Assembly (NCBI RefSeq): GCF_963853765.1
Contig: NC_088854.1
Span: 9,486,001 to 9,550,000 of the forward strand
Length of the DNA: 64,000 nucleotides
Origin: Magallana gigas
Taxonomy: Eukaryota
Direction of reading: 5' to 3'
Position numbers and translations under genes: made by a program. The notes under the pieces were generated by a model. It did no database searches. It saw nothing but the letters and a program-made list of their open reading frames with translations, and was not told the DNA's origin. This document shows positions 30,970 to 43,200 of the stretch, piece by piece. Every line of letters starts with the position of its first letter. Positions within the stretch are counted from its first letter, which is position 1.

Positions 30970-33129
30970 GCCACGTCTAAGTTATTACTTTTCCTAACTT
31001 CAACAACCTTGCTTGAGTGGTGCATATGGGGATAGTTAAAGACTTAACAGACTTGAATGCCGAGTCTGAGCCATGAATTGTAGATACTGAAGGAGGTTAA
31101 GCTTTTTAGACCGGGTTAAAGTTTAAGAACAGGTGCCCCGTATCCAAGTTATCATTGATCCTATCTTGACCATAATGCAGGGATGGTGCATCCTATGATA
31201 CTTTCCCCAGATGCACAATCCAATCAAGTCTGGTAAAGTTAGGATCAGTAATGACTTAGATATGGAACTTCTTCAAAATCTTTAACTGGACCCTGACGGT
31301 ATTGAATCAGCCTCCCGGGCTTTGTCTCTGTGAGCTTAAAATATGGACACCAATGTTAATATGACACAACTGTTTTTGAAATACTAAAGCTGTTGTTACA
31401 TTGATGGATAATTATTTTTGGTCATTTGTAGTATAAAACATATACATGTATATGCATTTGTGTTCGTTAAATTTTTCATTCTATCATTTTATAGTCTGTC
31501 CCAAGATATTTATGCTGCACATTTAGAATATTTTAATAAAAATACACATACCTGTGAAAGAAGTTAAACTGAAATCGATGAAAGGGAAAATTTCCAAGAT
31601 AACTTTATTCACACGTTATCATTTTTCCCTCGTAAAAATTCACAGGAACGAAAACAGATTTCCTACGGAAATTTATAATGGGGAATGTTGACATCTTTTC
31701 TCCATTCGGAAGTAACTCGTAATACCTCGCATAATTTTTCAACGTTATCATCCGGGCTGGTACATCTCCGCAATGGAAAATCACCGTTGACTTTTTTATT
31801 TTAGCTGACAAGTAGAGGGGGCGTTTCAAAGGGGAAATCTTGGAATTTTTTCATACTATTGAATGAACATCGCCTGAACCAAGAGGTATTTATAAATATC
31901 AAATAAATTTAAGAAAATATGCGGCAAAAATATCTTCGGTCAGAATATAGTAAAGAAAGGAAAGGTCTTGCTATTATCTCGAAATCATAGGAAAATGTCT
32001 TGAAATTCATATTTTCTACAATTGTGATTAAGTATAGTAAGGAGAAAATGCATATTGAACATTTGGCTGGCTAAGATGATTTTAACAGCTCATTTTAGCT
32101 ACCAGCGTCTTACATTAATTTACCTAGAAGGACTGAAGTATAAAGTACATCATTTTTAAAAATATTCAAGACAATTTCCAATTAAAATATCTTTAATAGG
32201 GATGGAAACCCTGCATAACATAGGAAAAATCCTTTGTAACTTGTGTAATAATTTACTTTTGCCCTTTCATTTGTATTTCAGTTATATATAATCTGTTTAA
32301 TCTAAAAAGAAATTCTTTCCTTACAACAGTTGCACCATAATGTACTAGTACCTATGGCAGCTGATATCAGAAAGCAAGGTAATAATGAATTAAAACATTT
32401 CAATAATATTACATTTCCAAGTCTATACAAAAACACATGGTACAAAATATTTACAATGGGTAGTGTAATATAATAATCATATGAACACATTTGGTATTGC
32501 ATTACTAACCAGGTATGAAAAGCAATAAATATCAATGAAGACTAAAAGAAAAAAAAGGATACATAGCATGTTCACACTTGGTTTCATAACAGTCAACTTC
32601 ATTATCATTCACTTCATCTGTACATAAACATAATTCAATAATCAAATAAACGTATCACATGTTTTTGTATTCTGTTGATACAATCAATGGTGATAGAAAA
32701 ATACATGTATAAACCAAAAACCAGGGATCTGTAAGAGAGACCTGGTTAAATCATTTTTTTTGCATGAACTCATTTGATTTGTGAAAGTTTGATCTGCAAT
32801 TATCTCTATAACATGATCATGCTTCAAAAAAATTCTCGATTAAAAGATGACGGTAACACGGTAAGGAAAAATTTCAGTTCCAAAACAAATCACACACCCA
32901 AATCCCCTGATATCAAAGAAAAAGTTCACATGGTTCAATGGAGACTCTAACTCCTATTGGATTTCGCTGTAATGTTAATACAACAGAAAAATTGTACGTG
33001 CTCAGCATAACAATATGGTTGGAATTCTCTTGGCACCGGTTGATGTGACACTAAGGACACCAGATTGTCCCTCAGTTTATAACAATTAGATCACATGAGT
33101 CTAATGGAACAGGGTAGATATCACAGTCG

Positions 33130-34290
33130 TTAGTTGAGATACCTGCGGCATTTCTTGGCGCCGCAGGTACACGGAATCTTCACCTCTTCTATAGGGAATT
33201 TGTAGTCGTAGGTTAGCTCCTCCCCTCTCTTAATTCTGGGAAGAAAACATTCATAAAAACATTAACCTTAGAGCAAAAAGACAGAAAATTGTTTAATAAC
33301 TTCAGTATCTAATACTTCATTCAATTCAAAAACATCAATGTTTCTAATATCTAAGAGTAACTTGAATTTAATGAAAAAATATATTTTTTCAATGGAGAAT
33401 GTTTACTACCATAGAGTCAATATAGTAGAAAATGGTATATATTAAAGGTACTTACGATTTCATAGCGAATATGACAATGTGCTTTTTACCATCCACGTTG
33501 ATGACCTTTGAGTAACAGTTTGGCTGAAATAAACAAATATGATTGCTGATAATAAGTTATGTTCTTGGGTAACTCTGCAAATTATAAATGTCATGTACAG
33601 TACATGAAATATATATCTTACCTCACACGAGTGGTTGATAAACCGAGCAGCATTGCCATGCAAGGTTGCATCAATGACATCATAATCATCAATGCGGAAC
33701 ATGTAGCAGCCTATTCCCTACAACAGAAACACATTTCATCTCTAAGTAAAAAAAGACTTTCATAAATGCTCATTCATAAATGAATTTCCATTATATGAAG
33801 TACAAAATAAACCAACTCTAACATATTGTTCAAAGCTTACAATTATGAATTCTTTACATGGATATTTTATTTTTGGCATTAAAAATTGTATTTAGAATTT
33901 TTTAATATCATGATTGAAACCACAATAAATGTATGTCTTACTTTTCCTTCATAGTATTTCTCTCTCTTGTCTGTCAGGGAACCCCTGATGACCTCCCCTG
34001 AGTATTCGATCACCATCTCGCCCTCATCAATGTTTCTCTTACAGTATAGGCCTCTGCCATGTATATGGGACCTGAGAGATTCAATGAAATAAAAACATCT
34101 TTAGTTAAATCGACCTAGGGAACTATTTGCACCCAAAATTTAGATATATGTAACCAGGTAGAACAATGATTCTGAAGGTACATGTACATAAATGTTGGAT
34201 TGATACCTGTACACTCCCACAGCTTCTCTTGCATGCTCCTTCAGTTTCCTGAATCTCATAGCCATTGGTAGGTCCATGCTAGTAGCCCTC
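33130..34290 (-). other. KMT2A: KMT2A SET and post-SET exons
   Basis: Exons 34290-34207, 34071-33942, 33717-33622, 33523-33456, 33235-33130: [44 protein letters not shown]. Confidence 0.97.
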
Positions 34291-37200
34291 CTAATGAAAA
34301 TAAGAGCACTAAGTTATACTGCTTTAAATTCATTTAATAATTTGCTTCTCTATAGGAATTCCAAAGATCTTGACGCGAATATGCACCTGGTATGTCTATA
34401 ACTTGTAGAGTATAATTTATATTTTCATCACTGAATGAACTAAAGGACTGAAGTAACTAACAGAGAGATCTTCTTCCTGGATATCTGATTTAATACCATA
34501 CCTAGCGTACCTAGCGGACCTGGCAGTAACTAATACAGAGACTTCTTCCATGACATTTAATACCATACCTAGCGGACTTGTGGACCATTTCAACGTCGTT
34601 CTTCCTTTCTTTACTGCCTGGCATCTCGCGATATTGAGACATCAAGAAACTAAAGATGTCAAACGGTTTCCTGGTCTCGTATGGCTCCGATCTAATACAT
34701 CCTGATGGATTTTCGGGAGGTTCCTACATAAATCATAAAACAGAAAAATCCAATTAATGATCTAATGACAAATAGAAAACATTTCACCTTCCATCTGTAT
34801 AAGATTTCACAGTCTTACTTCTTCCAAGTCTGTGATGTCATACTGATGGTATTTGAAGTTGTAGTTGCGACAGTTCTGAGCCCCGAACAGCTGCTCCAAC
34901 AAATAGATGACCGAGTTGAAGTTCACACCAAATAACCTGTCTGGATCTAAATCTATGAAAATGAAATGAACAGGAAATTAATAAATTCATGTGATAAGAC
35001 TATGCTTACATTTTAATTTTGCTATTTTATATCTATGATTCTATATGCCTTTCTAATGCCATTCATCTTATTCTAGATATGTCTTAAAAAGATGAACAAA
35101 ATGAGAGTTGAATGCTTGTTATTCTGAATTAATGTACATACTTGTAAATGACAAGTTCTTCATTCTGGCAGAAGATCGCACATCCTGCACCTTCTCTATC
35201 ACCTGCTGCCAGGCCTCTGTAAAAGAAAATTATTATTTGAATACCGGTACATGATTTTCCCTTCAAAAATAAATAGGAACCCTTATGTGAACAAGATATA
35301 GGGTGTCAGACATCACTAGCGGTGCAGATTAGACTTTGAGATTTGAGGATTACTTTTTTAATCTATAACAAGAGTTATATCAGGACTTCGTAGGGTCAAA
35401 TGCCATCTTAACATTGTGAACTTGGTCAAATGACCTTATGTCAGGGTCATGAACAACTTTTGAGCAATGTGTTAATCTCTGATTAAATACAAGAAACAAG
35501 ATGCAACAGTAAAATTAACAAAAGGGCCCACACAAATGGACATGACAATTCCTTTATACATGTACCCCCAAATTTAGTTTAAATCCCCCCCAACATGTAT
35601 TCTACATACCCTCCATTGTTTCCCCTTTACAAGAGAACCCATCATCACTTGAGATCTGGAACTGGAGTTTGGGTCCCTCCTTTTTGTTCCTGCCCAGCCT
35701 CTTGTCCCTCTGCTCCTGCTGGAACTGACAGAGGGGGGTCTCCTCCACCTCCTCCTCTAGGGCGGGCTGGGGCAGACTCATCGTCTCCTTGTGGGAGTGG
35801 ATAAATGGATGGCTCATGGTACCCGAAAACCCTGAAAAATTCAGTGTGAACTAAACTTTATTTATGTGGAATTTTCTATCTATATCTTCATGCATTTTCA
35901 AAATTGTCAACTTTTTTAATACAGGGTAGGTGATTTACAGTAAAATAAATTGAAATTGTAAAATTTTATCTGGTTAAAGAAGCTGAGTGTCAAAGAATTA
36001 CTTTTTTACCTGATGATTGGGGTAGTCCCAGTCTCACTTTCTGCGGGCTTTTTCTATTGTGCTTCTTCTTCTTTTCCTTTGCTTTGACCGCTGCCTTTGT
36101 CTTGACTCTGACAGACATCATGTCATAGTTCTTCCCATGTTTCCCGAGAATCGGAACAGCCTTCTCACCACCAAGTTTCTTCATTATCGCCTTCATGACT
36201 TTTGGCTGAATGGCAAAGTTCTTTTCCATGTCAACTCCTTTAGGGGTTGTTTTTATGATCCTTTTCACAATCGTCCCATCAGCCTTGCGTATGATGTATG
36301 GCTTAACTCCCAAAGTTTTTAAGTCGGGCATCATCTCTCCTTCATCTCGCTGCAGTTTTATTGAAGCTGGTAACAGACTTCTGCTTTGAGCTATGGCTGG
36401 AGGAAGACGAGTGTGAGAAGCAGCCTGGATGGCCATGGAAGAGGAAGGAAGGCTTCCACCAGTGAGAGATGATAATGTATCCCTAGAAGCTGCATCTGAA
36501 ATTTTCCTGAAAATTGTCTTTCTCTCTGAAGAAGCAGGTCCAATAGGTTTGCCTTTTAAGCCTCCTGACTTTATGGCGGTTGAAAGAGAGGTTTCAGAGC
36601 GATTTTTGAGAAGTGCACTCAGCACTTTGTTAGCTGTGGTCGAAGAGCAGTGAGCCCGGTAAGTGGTACCACTTCCCTTGCTGGAAACAGTGAGAGTTGT
36701 TGTCGATGTGACACGATGAGACGTTACAGACATGTTGTATTTGCCTTTCTGAAGAGCTGATGGGTTTAGTTTTGCTAAAAGGGAAGTAGGGTCATTCAAA
36801 ACTGAGGCATCAGTGGTCATTGCTATTGGTTTTCCATCTACAAACACTCTTACAAGGGTTGTGGTTGTACTTGACGTACTTGTAGGATAAACTGCATTGC
36901 TTGCAACCAGAGAAGTGTTCTGATTCACATACGGTGTTAGTTGGGGTCTCATTGGTACAGTTTTAATGGCTGGGCCTTGTATCTGGACTGGGGATTGATT
37001 CTGGATACCCTGTGGCCGAATACCAGTCTGAAGTCCCATATTTGATATTACATTTGGAACATTCTGTAGTGGTGGAATGTTATGAACTTGTGGAACATTT
37101 TGAACATACTGTGTAGTGTTTATTACTGGTGACACACCAGAATTGAGCAGATTTTGGCTGACCCGAATTCCAGCATTATTAATCAGTGACAGTAAGTAGT

Positions 37201-40200
37201 TGTCAAGCTGTTGAGGAATACTGGGGTTCATCAGCTGATGTGGAGGAACTGTTATCAGGTTTTGACTTTGTGGAACAGTGATCAAGTTCTGATTTGGGGG
37301 CAGGAGATACGTTTTCTGGGGCTCTGGAACAGTCACAATTGCAGAAGATAAAGCTTGGTACCCTGGTGAAGTACTGCTGACAGAATACATAGGTGTTTGA
37401 ATACCACCTGTGACTATCGCTGGTTGTGGGGAAGCCAACATCGGACTTGGTGACATCATAGGCAGCTGCTGATTCACAGGTAAAATGGCACTCTGGGACG
37501 GAACAATGACAGGAGCTACAGGAGTCGGGTTAGAGGGCAGTAGAGTGTTCATCGTCTGAAGATTTGGTGGAGAGTGGGATATTACTGCACCTTGAGAAGG
37601 CAGAATCACATTTGGAGACTGCATCATAGCAGATGGAGAGACAGCATTTGCTGCTGCCAATAAATTATTTGCTGCAACAGTGATCTGGGAGGATATATCA
37701 AAGTTTTGAGGTAGCACTGAGTTTGAGGAGGAAGGAGCCAAGTTTGTTTGTACTGTTGAGATACTTGGCTGTGACTGTGCCTGAGTGAAGTGCGAGCTTG
37801 CTGACACAGAACTTAGCACCGATGTTGTAGATTGACTGGTCAAGGACTGGAGTGGAGATGACCTCGATATTGGTGTGATGCCTATGCTGCTCTCAGATTT
37901 ACCCAGAGTACCAGTGGCTCTCTTATGAGCTTCAATGATTTTCTGGATATCTTGAGGAGTCACACTTGAAGGCAGATTGACTTTCATCACAGAACTCTTT
38001 TCTCCTGATGAACTTGAACCTTGATCTTTTCCATTTCCTGTGTCCGTCACATACATGGTCTTGTTTGTGCCTTCTTCTATTTTCTTTTTCAGGAAAGCTT
38101 TTATACTCTTGATTGTGGTCTCTGTATCTATTTTAGTCAGAGAGGAAAGGTCAACTTTCTTATCAGTTACTTTGTTTTGAAGTTCTAAAAGTTGAATAGG
38201 TGTCAGTTGTTGTATTGCGGGATCATTCATAATTCTATCTACAAACAAGTCTGTGGAAGAACTATCTTCCATTTTGGATTCAGAACCTCTGCTTTGTTCA
38301 GCACCTAAGGGGTCTGATTTAGATGTGGCACATTTACTGGTGTCCATTTCAACAGTTTTATCATCACTTTTCTTATTTTTAGATTCTGGATTTCTGAGCA
38401 CAGACAAATTTCCAGAACTTTTTTGGGAAGCACCGATATCATCATCCAAATCACACTGGATCTCACAGCTTCTAGCTGTTGTCTGTTTTTTGTCTTTCTT
38501 ATTGAGAAAATCCCCCGTCTTCTCACAAAAGATGACGTCACTTTCTGGATCTTCGTCGTCTGCAATCATTATCACTTCCTGTTCAGAAGTAGACTTCACA
38601 TTAGGGACTGGGCATTTGAGCAGTGAGGAGGTATTGGATTGTTTAATCACATTCAAAATGGAGTCCTTAATATCTGTCTCACTATTCTGCCCTTTGTTTG
38701 ATTTCTTTTCAATTTCTTCTGAATTTCCTTCCATTTTTTCGATTGATTTTCTCTCTTCAACTTTTGGAGTCTTTACTTTAACTTTTTCATGCTCTTCATT
38801 TTTCACACTTTTGAGTTCTTTCTTCTGAGAATGTCCATCAGAATTATTGGCTGAACCAGCTGTAAATTTTCGAGGCCGTCCTCTTCCTCTTTTAATGCCG
38901 TTTTCAAGTGCAGTTCCTGACAAAGTCTTTCCTTGCACAGAAAGTGCTTGTTTTAGCTTTTGCTTTTTAATTTTGCTGTCCCTCAAAGCCTTGAATTTTC
39001 TTGACAATATGGCGTTCCTCTTTGTAACACCAGAAGTTACCCCTGGGTATTCCAAATTAACTCCTTTCTTTCTACGCACAGGCCTGCTTTTTTTAATACT
39101 AGACAGTTCTCTGAGCTTCCTTTCACTCCTTAAGACATGTCTGACAGAGAGTTTACTTGGTCTTCCCCTTACACCTGTTTTCTTCTCTGGGGTAACTTCA
39201 TTATTGGATGACTTTCTATCAGGCCCCTTCGGAGAAATTCCATCAGAACACTTTGAAGGTCTTCCTCTACCTCTTTTTGGGGTTGGAGGAGAGACAAATT
39301 CCTCATCATTTTTACCATGAGTGCTAGATCTCCGAGTGTGTCTCTCAGTACATCCAATACTTGTACTGTCTGAAGCTGCAGATTCTCTTCTTGATCTTCC
39401 CCTTCCTCTTTTAGATACTGGAGAACTTTCAGACAATGACTCTTCCTGGCTATTGCATTCCTCAGAGGCCACAATCTCTTTCTTAATGTCTTCTTCAGTC
39501 ATCAAAGAACTTTTCCTAGGTCTACCTCTTCCTCTCTTCTCTATCCCAGTTTTGTCTGCACACTCTTTACTTTTGTTTCCTTCTGTGGATAAAGACTTCT
39601 TTTCTTCTGTGGATAAAGACTTCTCTTCCTCATTCTGTTCATTGGGTACAATTGATGACTTTCTTGGTCTGCCTCTTCCTCTTTTTGGTGAAACATCACT
39701 TTCAGAATCATCAACTTCTTTGGTTTTGTCATCTTCTGCTTTCACTTCACACAAGGATTTCCTGGTGCGTCGATCTGAAGAAACGGCCCTCTCTGATGAC
39801 TGACTACTTTGTCTCCTTTTTCTTTCATTTTCAGTATTCTTCTTCTCATCATCTGAAGACAAGAAGCGTTTTGAACCCTTGAGATCGTTATTATCTTTGA
39901 TTTCTTCTTTTCCTGTTTTAAATGGTCTACCCCTTTTTCTTGGAGACAGTTTGGCCATTATCCCTTGCTGAACTTTCCTTGGGGAGAGTTTATGCAGAAC
40001 CAGTCTAGCTTTTTGACAAGAAGTCTTAAAGCTACAAAATCTTTCTTTCCTTGCAGCACTCTCAGATTCTCTCTCTTTCTGCTCAATCTCCATGACAACC
40101 TTCTTGACAACTGTCGTCTGCCTCATGGAGTATTTTCTTGCTCCGCCTTCATTCTCACTCTCCTCCTCTTCATCACTGGTGCTTACCTCAAAATCGCATG

Positions 40201-43200
40201 TCTTCACATGTGTCTCAAAGCTCTCCTCAGTGCGATACAATCTCTTACAAGTTGGACATTTAAATGGCCCTTTAGCTCCAGGACTGCTTTTGGCTAGGCT
40301 TTCTGCCTTAATCTTTTGTGCAATTTGATCATGTAGAGGAAGGTCACCTTTCCTTTCCGATGATGCACCACCCTGAGTGCTCCTACGTCGTAATGGATAG
40401 CTCTTGATTGGGGTTTTCTTCATCTCAGCTTTTGTCTTCTTGGCCTCTGGTGTCCGCGCCAGTCCTAACCCTTTGAAGAGATCATTCTTTTCTTCTTCAG
40501 TCCTTGTGTCAGGAATAATGGCATCTTTTACAGACACTTCATCTAATGGGTTCTGTTCTCTGTTAGAACTTGATGAAGACTCCAATGCAGTTGTCTTATC
40601 TTCATCAATGTCAGCAGTTTCTGATTCACAAGTTCTCTGTTTTTCACATTCTTCTTTATCTTTATCACATGCTTCTACTTTAATGTCCATCTCATTCTTC
40701 TCAATGTCACTCTTGTTAGTACTGTCTATTTCAGTAACTTTTACACCTTCTTTTGATTCCTTCCACTTGTCATCACTTTCACACACGTCCACTAGATCTT
40801 TGTCCACAACTACATTGTCCTCTGTTTTCACTTCCCCTGCCTCTAAGAGACTTTGAGCACCCTCACTGGACTGTTTATCTGTAACATCTCCAGCACTGAA
40901 GTTATCAGGCTGCATCACTACAGATTCAGAAGGCTGAACTTGACACTCCAAAATCATTTCTCTCTCTCTGGAATCTGGCATGGTTTCATCACCATGTTTT
41001 TCCTCCAGCAATTGTTTCTGGGCCTCACTCAAAATTTCTTCAAAAGTTGGCCTTGGTGTTGTGTAATGAAGCCTTCGAAGGTCAGGGCGTTCCACAGTGA
41101 GTTTTCTGTACCCAATCAGCTGACCCTCACGACCATACACAGGAATTCTGTCATTCCGTTTTGTTGTTTTTTCATTTGAAGTCTGCTCCTTAACGCCTTC
41201 AGGGGGGGTTAATGATGGTTCATCAGCCACCACTGTACACTCCATAGCTTTTTGTGTTACATTATCACCGACTTCTAAACTGGTGGCTGCAAAATTTAAA
41301 AAAAAATGCATTATTAAATTCTGGCATTTAATGATTCATAACAAAATGCAAATAAATAAAATATCATTTGATGATCTTTACCTTGAGTATTGCTTGTTTC
41401 TTCTGAACATGATGTAAGAGTTATAGCAGAGCTTGTTCCTTGATTTGAGTCCATAATCTGCAATTTTTGCAATTATTCATATCAATGATTATCTGTATAA
41501 ATATACATGTAATCTAAATAATTTCATCAATTAATATCTACATGTATATGAGATTTTTCATAAGTTTGTTGATCTTAAGAATTAAAATCAAAGTATTCAA
41601 AAAATTTTTTTTACCTCAGTATCCATCTTCTCTATAGCAATTCCCTCTACAGCTTCTCGACTTTCAAGAGATCTTTTATCCAGGCCTTTCTCTTGCACTG
41701 ATTCCATTGATTCTGGAACAGATTCCTTTTCAAACATTAGCTGTTCATCAACATCATGAATTGTGGACACATCCTTATCAACCGGACTTGATGTGGTCAG
41801 CTGATTTTGAGTCACTTCCATTGCTTCCACAGAATCACTTACAGAACGAGTTTCTTGTTCTTTCTGATCAACACCAAGTTCTCTTTCAACTTCGAATTGT
41901 TCATCTGGGGTTTTCACAAATTTTTGTTCATCATTGCAACTGAGATCATCCGACTGAACTTTATTTGTCAAAGATGAAGACTGATCAGCTTGTTTATAAG
42001 ACACTGCCGAGTCTGCATTAATGCCCTCTTTTGGTGAAGGTTCTTTCGTATTCTCTGGTAAATCCCTTGACTCTTTCTCATCATCAGTGCTTGATGTTTT
42101 CCCCTGAATTTTTGAATTATTCTCTTTCACAGAGGAAAAACCAATTGGCAAGAAATCTGGGTTGGCCTCTTTACTGATTTCACCAAGGTGTTCTTCTGTT
42201 GACTCTACAGACACCATGCTTTCATCAGTGGCTTGCTCTGATCGACTTCTCTCTATGGCCTCCGTTATCATCTGAAGGTCTTCATCCGAGAGCTCGGAGC
42301 AGCCTTCAGGTAAAACAACATAGGTTTCATTCGCTGGATCCACTTCAGCTGTCCCTTCTTCATTTATTGGCTCTAGACTCGCTTCTTGTGAATTGCTTTC
42401 ACCAGTTTCAATGGAGTCCTCAGCTTTGTTCAAGTCTGTGACCTGGGTATTACAGTTATCGTCTATGAGTGGTTTCACTGTTGTCACTTCTTTGTTCATG
42501 GACAGTTGTTTCTGCAGACTCATGGTAGGTATGGGAGAGAACATCCTCTCCTCAGAGTTTGCTCTGGAATTGGTTCTCGTGTTTCCAGCACTCTGATGGC
42601 CTTCAGACCTGAATGAGGGAGAAAATCGGACAGGTGGTGGTGACAATAGACGATCCACTGACTTTGATCTTTCTCGGCGGGGCATTGTTAGAGCTACATC
42701 ACTCTTTCCACTAGCTGCCATATTCAGTCTATCTGCAATTTTTATCAAAGTTCCAAAATCATCCTTTTCTCGTGAACAGGGTTTTACTGTCTGTTGGAAT
42801 TTTTGGGGATCTTTCAAGTTTAAGAGCCTAAGAGTATTTGGTGAGAGCACTCCCAGATTGACAGCTGGGTCACTGGTCTTCCTCTTCTTGACTACTGGCC
42901 AGGAGGAACTCAGAGAATCATTGCCCACATCCGAAGCACTGAAACTCTGATTGGAGTTGAGAGTACTGTTGAGTATCTCGCAGTCACCGGATGTATCAAA
43001 ACTCTTGGAGAATCCGGACTCCTCGCCGAGTCCACTCAGTTCTAGACTCCGAGTCCGTGGCCGGCTGTCCGGGAAGAGATTGATTCCGGGAATGTTTATC
43101 TGAGACAGAGGTACGTAGTCTGGATGAGTTTCGTCATGGATGATGGTGATGTCTTTTATCAGCATGGCGGCACTCTTGGGGCTGTCTGGCTTCACCTCTA

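Noticed and set aside
31000-31990. Possible coding or pseudogene fragments, including ORF 31605-31829
   Set aside because: Frames are short and stop-rich with no recognisable motifs.
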